Notes under the pieces: generated by a model
Told to the model about the DNA's origin: nothing
The model's database searches: none
The model's input: the letters and a program-made list of their open reading frames with translations, nothing else
In this document: one piece after another, positions 27,312 through 36,388 of the stretch
Position numbering within the stretch: position 1 is the first letter of the stretch
Layout: each line of letters begins with the position of its first letter
Assembly: GCA_903848275.1 (NCBI GenBank)
Contig: CAINGB010000025.1
Coordinates: forward strand, 4,713 to 68,712
Length of the DNA stretch: 64,000 bases
Origin: Candidatus Uhrbacteria bacterium
GTDB taxonomy: Bacteria > Patescibacteriota > Patescibacteriia > UBA9934
Direction: 5' to 3'
Translations under genes and position numbers: made by a program

Positions 27312-28781
27312 ATGCAGATGCCTTCGTTTGATGATTTAAAGGTGGTGCTCGATGCCAGATACAGCGAGTTTGATTTGATTTTGCTGCAAACGGCGTATGA
27401 ATATGCCAAGCTGGCGCATGAGGGGCAAACTAGGAGTACAGGTGAGCCGTATTTTAATCACGTTTTTCAGACGGCGGTTAAGCTGGCGAAGTTGCGTTTG
27501 CCGAGTGAGGTGATTGCGGCTGGCTTGTTGCACGATGTGCCAGAGGATACTGAGAGAACGCTCGAGGATGTGGAGCGCGAGTTTGGGGCGGATATTGCTG
27601 GCATGGTGGCGAGTTGCACCAAGCTTGGTAAAGTGAAGTACCGTGGCGAGGAGCGTTACATTGAAAACTTGCGTAAGATGTTCGTGGCCATGGCAGAAGA
27701 CGTGCGCGTCATCTTCATTAAGTTTGCGGACCGCATGCACAACATGGAGACGCTCTACGCCAGGCCAGAGCATAAACGCTTGCGGATTGCTAAGGAGGTA
27801 ATGGAGATTTACGCCCCGATTGCCAACAGGCTCGGCATGGCGGAATACCGTGGTCAATTTGAGGATCACGCGTTTAAATATTTGTTCCCTCGCGATTACA
27901 CTTGGACGCAGCATTTGCTCGAGGAACGAGTGCGCAAATTTGGGCCGGCCATGAACCGCGCCATTCCGACGGTGGAAAAAGAATTGAAAGATCATAGCGT
28001 CAACTACGTCGACATCCACGGCCGGATGAAACATTGTTATAGTTTGTATAAGAAGCTCAAAAAGTACGGCAACGACATCGATAAAGTGTACGACATTGTG
28101 GCGCTGCGCATAATTGTACCGAGTGTCAGCGACTGTTATGCGGCGCTTGGCATTCTACACAGCCTGTATACGCCGCTCCCTGGCCGTATTAAGGATTATA
28201 TCGCGCAACCTAAGCCAAACGGTTATAGCTCACTCCACACCACCGTGTTTGACGACCAAGGGGCGATTGTCGAGTTCCAGATCCGTACTCAGCAGATGCA
28301 CGAGGAAGATGAATACGGTATTGCGGCGCACTGGCGCTACAAAGAAGGGTCGGCTAAGAATAAACACGTCACCTGGATGGAGGAGTTTGCTAAAATTCAG
28401 AAAGAAATTAGTGGCGACACCTTCATGGACCATTTGGACAACATGAAGCTCGACATGTTCCGCGACCGGATTTTCGTGTTTACACCGCGCGGTGACGTGA
28501 TCGACTTGCCGGAAGAATCGACACCGGTTGATTTTGCTTACGCTGTACATACCGACATTGGCAACAAGGCGACCATGGCCCAGGTGAACCGTGTAGTGGC
28601 ACCGCTTGATACCACACTCAAAAGTGGCGATGTGGTAGAAATTGTGACCGACAAGAATCGTAAACTGCCGAACGAGGATTGGCTGCGGTTTGTGAAAACG
28701 CACCAGGCCCGCGAGAAAATAAAAGACGCGCTCCGAGCGACGAAGCGGTCGTTTATTGCGAAGATGTTAGGTCGATCTTAG
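27312..28781 (+). CDS. relA: RelA/SpoT homolog (HD + synthetase + TGS, no ACT domain)
   Basis: HEGQTRSTGEPY, LLHDVPED, IKFADRMHNM, GRIKDYIAQPKPNGYSSLHT, EFQIRT, TPVDFAY. Confidence 0.93.
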   Translation: MQMPSFDDLKVVLDARYSEFDLILLQTAYEYAKLAHEGQTRSTGEPYFNHVFQTAVKLAKLRLPSEVIAAGLLHDVPEDTERTLEDVEREFGADIAGMVASCTKLGKVKYRGEERYIENLRKMFVAMAEDVRVIFIKFADRMHNMETLYARPEHKRLRIAKEVMEIYAPIANRLGMAEYRGQFEDHAFKYLFPRDYTWTQHLLEERVRKFGPAMNRAIPTVEKELKDHSVNYVDIHGRMKHCYSLYKKLKKYGNDIDKVYDIVALRIIVPSVSDCYAALGILHSLYTPLPGRIKDYIAQPKPNGYSSLHTTVFDDQGAIVEFQIRTQQMHEEDEYGIAAHWRYKEGSAKNKHVTWMEEFAKIQKEISGDTFMDHLDNMKLDMFRDRIFVFTPRGDVIDLPEESTPVDFAYAVHTDIGNKATMAQVNRVVAPLDTTLKSGDVVEIVTDKNRKLPNEDWLRFVKTHQAREKIKDALRATKRSFIAKMLGRS

Positions 28782-29713
28782 GTGAGGTGCTCAATGAGGG
28801 CCTTCAAGTCGTCCTTAGAGTAGAAGTGAATGATCACCTGGCCGCTGGCTTGGGTGGTCATTTTGATTTCTACTTTGGTGCCGATTTTCTCGCGGAGTTC
28901 GCGTTCGATGGCTTCTAGGTTGGGGTCGCGGAAAAGGTGTGGTTGGCGAACATGGGCACGGACGGTGCGCTCGGCTTCGCGGATGCTGACGCCGCCCTTT
29001 AGCATGCGTTCAAAGAGGTCGCGTTGACGAGCCACGTTGCCTTCTTGCAAGAGCGTGCGGCCGGCGGATTTGCTGATTTTGCCTTCTTTAATGGCGGTCA
29101 GAATATCGTCGGGTAAATCGAGCAAGCGGAGAGCATTCGTGATGAACGGGCGGCTCTTGCCGACGCGCTGTGCCATGTCGTCCTGGCTCAAGCCGAAGTC
29201 TTCCATGAGGGCTTTATAGGCCAAGGCTTCTTCGACTGGATTCAGGTCCGAGCGTTGGACGTTCTCGATGATGGCGAGTTCCAGCTTTTCGCGATCGGTT
29301 GCTTCGCGAACAACGACTGGGACCTTCTCGAGTCCGAGCAAGTTGGAAGCACGTAAACGACGTTCACCGGCGATGAGTTCGTACTGGCCGTTGCCTTTGT
29401 CGGTCACCGTCAGCGGCTGCAAAATACCGTGCTCGCGAATGCTGTCGGCCAAGTCGCTTAGTTCCTCTGGCGCGAACTCGCGGCGGGGCTGACGAGGATT
29501 GGGCACGATTTGCGAAGGGGAAACGTGAATGAGGCGCAGGCCCTCGTCGACCACGCTTTCTAGGATGTTTGGTTGCTCGATAGCTGGAGCAGCTACCGGC
29601 GCCTCACCGGCCCCCTCCACCTCCCCCATACCTGGGGGAGAGTTGCGCACTGGAGTCATTTGGGGAATTAACGAGCCGAGTCCCCGGCCGAGTCCTCCCA
29701 TTGGTTTTGCCAT
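28778..29713 (-). CDS. parB: Chromosome partitioning protein ParB
   Basis: GLGRGLGSL, PNPRQPR, IAGERRLRA, ENVQRSDLNPVEEA. Confidence 0.96.
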   Translation of the reverse strand: MAKPMGGLGRGLGSLIPQMTPVRNSPPGMGEVEGAGEAPVAAPAIEQPNILESVVDEGLRLIHVSPSQIVPNPRQPRREFAPEELSDLADSIREHGILQPLTVTDKGNGQYELIAGERRLRASNLLGLEKVPVVVREATDREKLELAIIENVQRSDLNPVEEALAYKALMEDFGLSQDDMAQRVGKSRPFITNALRLLDLPDDILTAIKEGKISKSAGRTLLQEGNVARQRDLFERMLKGGVSIREAERTVRAHVRQPHLFRDPNLEAIERELREKIGTKVEIKMTTQASGQVIIHFYSKDDLKALIEHLT

Positions 29714-29722
29714 ATACTTCGA

Positions 29723-30505
29723 TTACTGTTGAACAGGTGCAGCCACGTCTTCCCGCGTCACGAATTCTCGAGCCAAGCGTTCGTAAGCCTTGGCGGCTTT
29801 GCTTTCCGGGTCGTAGTGCAGGATTGACTTGCCGAAACTTGGGGCTTCTGCCAGGCGAATACTGCGCGGAATGACGGAGCGGAAGATTTTGCCTGGGAAA
29901 TGTTTGTAGAGTTCTTGCAGGACTTGATTGCTCAGGTTGGTGCGGGTGTCGAACATGGTAATGACCGCGCCCATGACCTCGAGTTCTGGTTTGAGGTTGG
30001 TGCGAATGAGGTTGACGGTGTGCATAAGTTGGCCGATGCCTTCTAAGGCGTAGTATTCGGCCTGGACCGGAATGAGGACGCTGTCGCTGGCGACTAAGCC
30101 GTTGATGGTGAGGAGGCCGAGAGACGGCGGGTTGTCGATGATGATGTAGTCGTAGTCGTTACGGACTTCGAGTAAGGCTTTGGCGAGTTTGTGCTCGCGG
30201 TTGAATTCATTGACCAATTCCACGGAGCTGCCGGCCAAGTTGGCGCTGCCAGGCAAGATAGACAGGCCGTCGTGGGCGGTGGCAATGATGACGTCCTTGG
30301 CCTTTTGGCTACCTGAGATGACCTCGTAAGTACCCATGAGGTCGCTGACGTCGTGGCCGAAGCCGCTCGTGGCGTTGCCCTGGGGGTCGAGATCCACTAA
30401 TAAAACACGTTTGCCGAAACTGGCTAAATAGGCAGATAAATTGATAGATGTGGTGGTTTTACCCACCCCACCCTTTTGGTTCACGACGGATACGATATAG
30501 GCCAT
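29723..30505 (-). CDS. parA: Chromosome partitioning ATPase ParA/Soj
   Basis: NQKGGVGKTT, DLDPQGNAT, DNPPSLG, LAEAPSFGK. Confidence 0.96.
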   Translation of the reverse strand: MAYIVSVVNQKGGVGKTTTSINLSAYLASFGKRVLLVDLDPQGNATSGFGHDVSDLMGTYEVISGSQKAKDVIIATAHDGLSILPGSANLAGSSVELVNEFNREHKLAKALLEVRNDYDYIIIDNPPSLGLLTINGLVASDSVLIPVQAEYYALEGIGQLMHTVNLIRTNLKPELEVMGAVITMFDTRTNLSNQVLQELYKHFPGKIFRSVIPRSIRLAEAPSFGKSILHYDPESKAAKAYERLAREFVTREDVAAPVQQ

Positions 30506-30587
30506 AATGATGGGGAGAGTATAGCAAATAAAATACCACGACGACAGGGCTCGGAACTAAGCCAAGAAATTAGCTATTTACACGTTT

Positions 30588-30884
30588 CTACCTAACCGTA
30601 TCATCACAAACATACATATCCCAATCAGGGTTATATTTTCCATTTTTACAGCATTCGTAATCGTCGTCTCTTGCTCCGTTGGGGTTGTATGTGCTCTTTT
30701 CGTCGTCTATCCAAACTCTACAAGCCTCTAGTGAATCGAGCTCCCCTGAAAGTCTGTCTACGGTTAAGTTTGATGCGTCTGGATAATACATGGCTATCCA
30801 TGTATCCCTAAAAATACACCCCGACCCAAGTAGAAAAAGTGAAATACCTACAATTGTAATTTTTATAAATTTTGAGTTAATCAT
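30588..30884 (-). CDS. Small Cys-containing lipoprotein
   Basis: Signal peptide ending LLGSGC; low GC. Confidence 0.65.
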   Translation of the reverse strand: MINSKFIKITIVGISLFLLGSGCIFRDTWIAMYYPDASNLTVDRLSGELDSLEACRVWIDDEKSTYNPNGARDDDYECCKNGKYNPDWDMYVCDDTVR

Positions 30885-30885
30885 A

Positions 30886-31218
30886 TCAAACAAGTAATAC
30901 ACTAATTTTTTTAGCTAATTTTGGGACGTCGTGCTTGGCCACATTCCAGACGGCTTCGGGGTCAACGAAGGCGTAATCGTGGATGAGAATATCGCGCAGG
31001 CCAGCCATCTGCTTCCAGGGAATTGATTTGTCCCGTTCTTTGATTTCTTCGGTAATGCGTTTAGTGGCTTCGCCGATTATTTCAAGACGTCTAATAACGG
31101 CGTCGCGGAGTTTGGGGTCACGCAAGAATTCTGCTTTTTTGATGCCCGAAATATACTCGGCTATAGCTGTAGCCGAGTCCAAAATGTGCCCAAGGTAAAT
31201 CAGTGGGTCACGAATCAT
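30886..31218 (-). CDS. HepT-like HEPN RNase toxin (DUF86)
   Basis: AVIRRLEIIGEA, IPWKQMAGLRDILIHDY. Confidence 0.92.
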   Translation of the reverse strand: MIRDPLIYLGHILDSATAIAEYISGIKKAEFLRDPKLRDAVIRRLEIIGEATKRITEEIKERDKSIPWKQMAGLRDILIHDYAFVDPEAVWNVAKHDVPKLAKKISVLLV

Positions 31219-31505
31219 AGAATCGTTCTGGCGTCGGCCATGATAGTTTTCTTGAGGCGTGGTGAGATGGACTTATAGCTGACCAAGTCGACTTTGCGAC
31301 CAAGTGCTTTTTGTAGTTTGTAGCGTAAGGCGATAACTTCGAAGAGACCAGTTTTGGGAGCGTATTCAACCAATAGATCGACGTCGCTCTTGGCTTTGGC
31401 TTCACCCCTAGCAAATGAACCAAACAAGGCAGAACGACGTACCCCGGAGCGTTTGAGCACGGGGACGGAGAGGCGTTTGATTTGTTGAAAGGTGAGGGTT
31501 AGCAT
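31215..31505 (-). CDS. MntA-like nucleotidyltransferase antitoxin
   Basis: LFGSFARGE..SDVDLLV, GRKVDLV; overlaps the HepT start. Confidence 0.92.
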   Translation of the reverse strand: MLTLTFQQIKRLSVPVLKRSGVRRSALFGSFARGEAKAKSDVDLLVEYAPKTGLFEVIALRYKLQKALGRKVDLVSYKSISPRLKKTIMADARTIL

Positions 31506-31714
31506 ATCTTGCTTAGAGTATAGCAGATGGAAATGTGAGGTGATAGTGGGACTCGGCCTCGCCTCTCGGGTCGTCGACACTCCCCGAGGGCTGGCCACCA
31601 GCTCGCGGTTCCGATTGGTATCGGAACATCGCTCCGCTGTTCTCGTCCCTCACGCAAGCCAAACTGTTGGCTTGCTCCGCGGCATCAAAAAAACAGCCAG
31701 AAGGCTGTGTTTTT

Positions 31715-31800
31715 TGGTGCCGCGGGAGGGACTCGAACCCTCAATCCCTTACGGGAAACGGATTTTGAGTCCGTCGCGTATACCATTCCGCCACCGCGGC
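31715..31800 (-). tRNA. tRNA-Leu(CAA)
   Basis: GCCGCGGTGGCGGAATGG..ACGGA-CTCAAAA-TCCGT, long variable arm, ends CCA. Confidence 0.95.
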
Positions 31801-31859
31801 CGGATAGTTCAACGCGGGAAAATAGTAACAAACTGGGGCGATTTAGGCAACCCCTCGGC

Positions 31860-31888
31860 TTGTCAAAAACACTTGTATTTGTTATAGT
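31860..31888 (+). promoter_or_regulatory. sigma70 promoter for tRNA(CAT)
   Basis: TTGTCA-N17-TATAGT. Confidence 0.6.
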
Positions 31889-31906
31889 GCCGTCGTTTCC
31901 TACCCT

Positions 31907-31983
31907 AGCTGGGTAGCTCAGTCGGTTAGAGCGAAGGACTCATAAGCCTTAGGTCGCGGGTTCGATTCCCGCCCCAGCTACCA
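31907..31983 (+). tRNA. tRNA with CAT anticodon (elongator Met or Ile2)
   Basis: AGCTGGG/CCCAGCT acceptor, AAGGA-CTCATAA-GCCTT, GGTTCGATT, CCA. Confidence 0.9.
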
Positions 31984-32024
31984 AATGTCCCCCACTGTTC
32001 AGTGCGAACTTGGGGGATTTTTGT

Positions 32025-32053
32025 TTGACCTTTTTTGTTAAATAGGCTATTAT
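32025..32053 (+). promoter_or_regulatory. sigma70 promoter for tRNA-fMet
   Basis: TTGACC-N17-TATTAT. Confidence 0.6.
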
Positions 32054-32058
32054 TCCGG

Positions 32059-32135
32059 CGCAGGGTAGAGCAGCCTGGCAGCTCGTCGGGCTCATAACCC
32101 GAAGGTCGTCGGTTCAAATCCGACCCCTGCAACCA
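32059..32135 (+). tRNA. Initiator tRNA-fMet(CAT)
   Basis: C1:A72 mismatch, GGG/CCC anticodon stem, CTCATAA loop, CCA. Confidence 0.95.
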
Positions 32136-32178
32136 AAAGTCCCCCGTCTAGCACGGAGGATTTTTGTTTTAGCGTCGA

Positions 32179-32670
32179 TTAGAACCAAGCATTCGCGCCA
32201 GCGGAAATGAGAGTGACGAGGAGGCCAGCGACAAGCGTGCCGAGGCCGATGGCTAGGAAGGCTTTACGGAATGGGATTTTGAGAGCGACGGCGACGAGGG
32301 CAGAAGACCAGAGGCCGGCTAGTGGCAGGGGGATGCTGGCGAGAAGAAAGAGGGCAATGGCGCCGTAGCGTTCGTATTGTTTTTTGAGACGGTGCTCGCC
32401 ATGGACGAGAAGGCGGTCGATGGGGGCGACGAGTTTGGGGAAATGTTTGGAGCAGAAGTCGCGGAGGGCGCGAAGTCCGAAGAAGATTGGGAAGAATGGG
32501 ATGAGGGTGCCGAGAACGGCCAGACCGTAAGCGTCCATGGGGTTAATATTCCAGGAATGGATGGCGAGAGGAATGGTTAGGCGGAGCTCGGTCAGCGGGA
32601 GGCCGGAGAGCAACATGGTGGCCAGCCAATGTGGCCAAGAGTCAAAAAAATTTATTATTAACTCAACCAT
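32179..32670 (-). CDS. Putative small multidrug export membrane protein (COG2426-like)
   Basis: LPLTELRLTIP, YGAIALFLLASIPLPLAGLWS. Confidence 0.8.
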   Translation of the reverse strand: MVELIINFFDSWPHWLATMLLSGLPLTELRLTIPLAIHSWNINPMDAYGLAVLGTLIPFFPIFFGLRALRDFCSKHFPKLVAPIDRLLVHGEHRLKKQYERYGAIALFLLASIPLPLAGLWSSALVAVALKIPFRKAFLAIGLGTLVAGLLVTLISAGANAWF

Positions 32671-32718
32671 ATATACTAGTAAAATGACTAAATGTAGCAA
32701 TACACGACCTGACCCCAG

Positions 32719-33633
32719 TTACCAAGTGAACGTCTTGAAAGCCCAGGCGGCGAGGCCTTTGGCGTCTTTGAAGCGGCTGGATTTTGACTCGGAACCGAGG
32801 ACGACGACGCGGAGGGCGTGGCCATCGTGCTTGATGAGCGTGGCAAAACAGTAGCCAGCTTCTGGGATAAAGCCCGTCTTCCCTGCTACCACCTGATAAT
32901 CGCCAGTATTCATGTAGCTCGCGAGAAGTTCGTCCGTGGCGTCGATGTCGACGGAGTAACCGCTAGCTTGAGTGACGGTGACTTGGCTCTTGGGCATAAT
33001 CGCAGCCATGGTTGGGTTGGCGGCGGCGGCTGAGAGAATTTTGGTGAGGTCGCGAGCGGTTGAGACGTTGCCCGAGTCGACCCCGCTAACGTCGACGTAA
33101 TGCGTGCTCGTCATGCCGAGATCTGCAGCTTTTTTGTTCATGGCAGTTAAGAAATCCTCAGGCGATAAATTTGAGAAACGGGACAGGGCTTTGGTGGCCG
33201 TGTTGTCGCTGCCGACCAAACTGGCGCGCAAAACGTCGCGCATGGTGACAGCGTCGTCAAAGCGGAGGTAGACGCGTCCTCCGCCAACGTAATCATCGCC
33301 GATGACGGTGACGCGGGAGTCGAGTTTAGGATTGGTGTCCATGAAGACGAGGACGGTCATGAGCTTGGTGATGCTGCCAATGGCGCGAACGTCGTCGGGC
33401 TGCTCGGAATAGAGGATGGCGCCGCTGGCGTCGTCGATGACAATCGCGCTCTCCGCTGAGGTGACGATGCCGTAGGAATCGAGATCCGTCTTGGTTGGTG
33501 GCGTGATGCGATCCGCGGCTAATGGCAAAGTGGCGAACCAAGAGGTGGCCGAGTTAAGGGTGGTGCCGGAGCTAGGAAAAAGGTTCATTAGACTGACGGC
33601 GAGTAGTAGTTGAGCGATGATGTTGGGGATCAT
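32719..33633 (-). CDS. Peptidase S11 D-Ala-D-Ala carboxy/endopeptidase
   Basis: SITK, SDN and KTG penicillin-binding motifs; signal peptide. Confidence 0.92.
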   Translation of the reverse strand: MIPNIIAQLLLAVSLMNLFPSSGTTLNSATSWFATLPLAADRITPPTKTDLDSYGIVTSAESAIVIDDASGAILYSEQPDDVRAIGSITKLMTVLVFMDTNPKLDSRVTVIGDDYVGGGRVYLRFDDAVTMRDVLRASLVGSDNTATKALSRFSNLSPEDFLTAMNKKAADLGMTSTHYVDVSGVDSGNVSTARDLTKILSAAAANPTMAAIMPKSQVTVTQASGYSVDIDATDELLASYMNTGDYQVVAGKTGFIPEAGYCFATLIKHDGHALRVVVLGSESKSSRFKDAKGLAAWAFKTFTW

Positions 33634-33647
33634 AGTATGAGTTTACG

Positions 33648-33731
33648 AGTTGGTAGTTAGTAGTTTGTAGTTGGTAGCTTCCGTAATCAGTGAGCCAACT
33701 ACCGACTACCCACTACAAACTACTAACTGCC
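33648..33731. repeat. Two inverted heptamer arrays forming a hairpin
   Basis: agttggtagttagtagtttgtagttggtagc ... aactaccgactacccactacaaactactaactgcc. Confidence 0.75.
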
Positions 33732-34273
33732 AAGTTACTGAGCAGTGCATCAATCTTCGCATTGACGTGGAGGGTGCTGTAGTCGGGCAGCTCGGAGACT
33801 TCATGCACGCCGAAGAAGCGGAGGGCGTCCGTGGATAAGCGGTAAGTTGGTTGCATTTTGACGACGTCGTCGCGTTCGTCGACCAGGCCACGAAGCTGTA
33901 AGTTGCGCAGGATGAGGGAGCAATTAACGCCGCGAATGGCTTCGATTTCTGGCTTGGTGAGCGGCCCGCGATAAGCGATGATGGTGAGGGTTTCGAGCGA
34001 TGGTCGAGTCAGTTCTGTGTCGAGCTCGACGTTGGTAGCTTTGGCGACGAGATCCGCGTGCTCGGGGTTGGTGACGAACTGGATCAAGTCATCATCGATG
34101 AGGAGATGGATGCCGGACGATGAGATGTTATGGGAGGCGGCCAGAGTAGTAATAGCGGCGCTAACTTCGGCTTCGGCCACGCCCACAAGTTTGGCCAGTT
34201 GCTTGCGCGAAATCGGTTTCGTTAAGACGAAGAGGAGGGATTCAAGCTGGCTGCAGAGTAATTCAGTGTCCAT
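33713..34273 (-). CDS. scpB: SMC-Scp complex subunit ScpB
   Basis: LESLLF, LETLTIIAYRGPLTKPEIEAIRGVN. Confidence 0.95.
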   Translation of the reverse strand: MDTELLCSQLESLLFVLTKPISRKQLAKLVGVAEAEVSAAITTLAASHNISSSGIHLLIDDDLIQFVTNPEHADLVAKATNVELDTELTRPSLETLTIIAYRGPLTKPEIEAIRGVNCSLILRNLQLRGLVDERDDVVKMQPTYRLSTDALRFFGVHEVSELPDYSTLHVNAKIDALLSNLAVSSL

Positions 34274-34274
34274 A

Positions 34275-34979
34275 TTAATCGATGCGGTGAATCATGATGT
34301 CGCCCCAAGTACTATTCTGCGTTGTACGGATGATGTTGCGGCGAAGAAGTTCGAGGAGAGCCAGGAAGCTCATGACGACGTCGATCTTCTTTTGCGCACC
34401 GGCTGTAACTTGATTAAAGCTCAGGCTCGCATTTAAGGAAATGGCTTCGCGGAGTTCGTCGATGCGTTCTTCCACTGACTTTACTCGCTCTAAGGATACT
34501 GCTGTGAGGGCGAAGAAAGGTTCGAGGCGTTTTTGCACGTCGCGGTAGGCGTCGGCGAGCATGGCTGGGGTGAGAGTTGAGGGTGGGATGAACGACGGGG
34601 CGAGCGAAGACTTGGGCTTGAGGTAAGGCCGGGGGAAGAGGAGATGCTGACCGTAACGTTCTTCCAGGCGTTCGGCAGCGTCGACGAATTCGCGGTAAAT
34701 GCGGAGTTGCTCGGCTAGGACGTCGGAGGCAATGTCCTCGTCGACCAAGCGCAGGAACGGTAGTAACTCGCGGCTTTTGAGGTAGATGAGGCGGGAGGCG
34801 ACGAGGAGGAAGTCGGCGAGGCCGTCGGCGGGGACGTGATTTTCCTGTAAGTACAGCAAAAAATCGTCAGCAACTTTAGCTAACGAAATTTTGGCTATCT
34901 CGAGGTCCTTCTTTTCTATGAGCTCGAGGAGAAGCTCTAGAGGGCCTGAGAATTCCTCGTTTTTGACGGCGAAATCCAT
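34275..34979 (-). CDS. scpA: Segregation and condensation protein A (kleisin)
   Basis: FSGPLELLLELI, ASRLIYLKSRELLP, FLALLEL. Confidence 0.95.
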   Translation of the reverse strand: MDFAVKNEEFSGPLELLLELIEKKDLEIAKISLAKVADDFLLYLQENHVPADGLADFLLVASRLIYLKSRELLPFLRLVDEDIASDVLAEQLRIYREFVDAAERLEERYGQHLLFPRPYLKPKSSLAPSFIPPSTLTPAMLADAYRDVQKRLEPFFALTAVSLERVKSVEERIDELREAISLNASLSFNQVTAGAQKKIDVVMSFLALLELLRRNIIRTTQNSTWGDIMIHRID

Positions 34980-35009
34980 GACAGCAGTATAGCATCTGTG
35001 GATAAGTGC

Positions 35010-35043
35010 TGTATACGTTGAGCGTATACGCTCAACGTATACA
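35010..35043. repeat. 34-bp perfect palindrome
   Basis: tgtatacgttgagcgta|tacgctcaacgtataca. Confidence 0.9.
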
Positions 35044-36357
35044 CTACGGTCTTAAGCGTTGAACATCCCGAGGGAAAATCGTCGCCTCCTTAACGTTCGC
35101 GAGGCCCAAGATGTTTTGGGTGAGGCGTTGCAGGCCAATAGCGAAGCCGCCTTCGGGGGGAATACCGAATTTGTGCATGGTCAAGTAGTCCTCAAAATCG
35201 GCCGGGTTCAAGCCTTTCTCCACGATGCGGGCGAGCTGTTCGTCGTAGCGGTTAATGCGCATACCGCCGGAAGTGATTTCACTCCCCCAGCCGATGACGT
35301 CGAAAGTGAGGGTGTTGTTCGGGTCGGTTGGATCCACCTTGGCATAGAACGGGCGTTTGGCTGGCGTCCAGTCAGTGACGAAGACAAAGCCGCAGTTGTG
35401 GTGCTTGGGGGCCCATTCTTTGGAGAGCCACTTTTCGGCCGCTGGTGAGAGGTCTGGCTCCCCTGTTTCGTCGACACCGGCTTCGTCGCGGTAAGCGGCC
35501 AGGGCGTCGGCCAGCTTGATACGAGGGAAACGCTCGCCGAGTGGTGGGAGAACGGTTTCGAGAAGTTTTAATTCGACGGTGCAATCACGCTCGACAGAGG
35601 CAACCATCTGGCGAATGGCGGCTTCTTCGATGTCCATGAGCTCGTCGATGCTATCGATGAAACCAGCTTCAAACTCGAGTTGGTTGAACTCGGTCAAGTG
35701 ACGTGAGGTAGCGAATTTTTCGGCGCGGAAGGAGTAGCTCAAACCGTAAACGCCTTCGTAGACGCCCATGGTGATTTGCTTGTAGAGCTGGGCGGACTGG
35801 GTGAGCGTGGCTTCGCGGCCGTAATAGTCGACCTTGAAGAATTCGGCGCCACCTTCACTAGCGGCACCAGCCAGCACGGGGAAGAAAATTTCGGTGTAGC
35901 CCTGAGCTTCCATGAAAGCGCGGTAACCGTGAACCAAAGCGGCCTGCACACGGAAGATGGCGCGCTGCTTAGGGTGACGGAGAGTGACCACGCGGTTGTC
36001 GAGGAGGGTGTCCAAGTTGACGTCGAGCACAGGCTTGCCGATTTCGACTGGCACGACGTCGACAACTGGTGAGAGAATTTCCAAAGTCTCAACTTGCATT
36101 TCGACTTCTTTAATCAACGGATCCTTCGACTTCTTTTCCACGATGAGGCCGGTGACGGCTACGACGGTTTCCACCTGGAGGCCGTGGAGTTGGGTAAGTT
36201 GCTCGGCGTTAAGGACGGTTTGCGCGAGGCCGGAACGGTCGCGGATGATGGCGAAGCCGAACTTGCTCATGTCGCGGAGGGTGTTGAGCCAGCCTTTGAT
36301 GGTGACGACTTCACCTAGATGGCTTGGGAGATCCTTTACTAGAGTTCTGGTATTCAT
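35044..36357 (-). CDS. aspS: Aspartate--tRNA ligase, short archaeal/non-discriminating type
   Basis: OB fold RDRSGLAQ, SEGGAEFF, LTQSAQLYKQ, FRAEK, PPEGGFAIGLQR, FPRD; ~437 aa without GAD insertion. Confidence 0.85.
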   Translation of the reverse strand: MNTRTLVKDLPSHLGEVVTIKGWLNTLRDMSKFGFAIIRDRSGLAQTVLNAEQLTQLHGLQVETVVAVTGLIVEKKSKDPLIKEVEMQVETLEILSPVVDVVPVEIGKPVLDVNLDTLLDNRVVTLRHPKQRAIFRVQAALVHGYRAFMEAQGYTEIFFPVLAGAASEGGAEFFKVDYYGREATLTQSAQLYKQITMGVYEGVYGLSYSFRAEKFATSRHLTEFNQLEFEAGFIDSIDELMDIEEAAIRQMVASVERDCTVELKLLETVLPPLGERFPRIKLADALAAYRDEAGVDETGEPDLSPAAEKWLSKEWAPKHHNCGFVFVTDWTPAKRPFYAKVDPTDPNNTLTFDVIGWGSEITSGGMRINRYDEQLARIVEKGLNPADFEDYLTMHKFGIPPEGGFAIGLQRLTQNILGLANVKEATIFPRDVQRLRP

Positions 36358-36388
36358 AGGTCGTATTGGTCCAATAGGACCTATTAAG
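36358..36388. repeat. Degenerate 9-mer tandem repeat between asnS and aspS
   Basis: Minus strand ataggtcct attggacca atacgacct. Confidence 0.55.

Noticed and set aside
28778-30590. parS site near parAB
   Set aside because: No GTTTCACGTGAAAC-like palindrome was seen; the other palindromes do not match parS
31707-32132. Short ORFs at 31707-31916 and 31926-32132
   Set aside because: They are antisense translations of tRNA genes
34997-35005. oriC at the perfect DnaA box
   Set aside because: Single box in a ~65-bp gap, no AT-rich unwinding element, no dnaA or dnaN nearby
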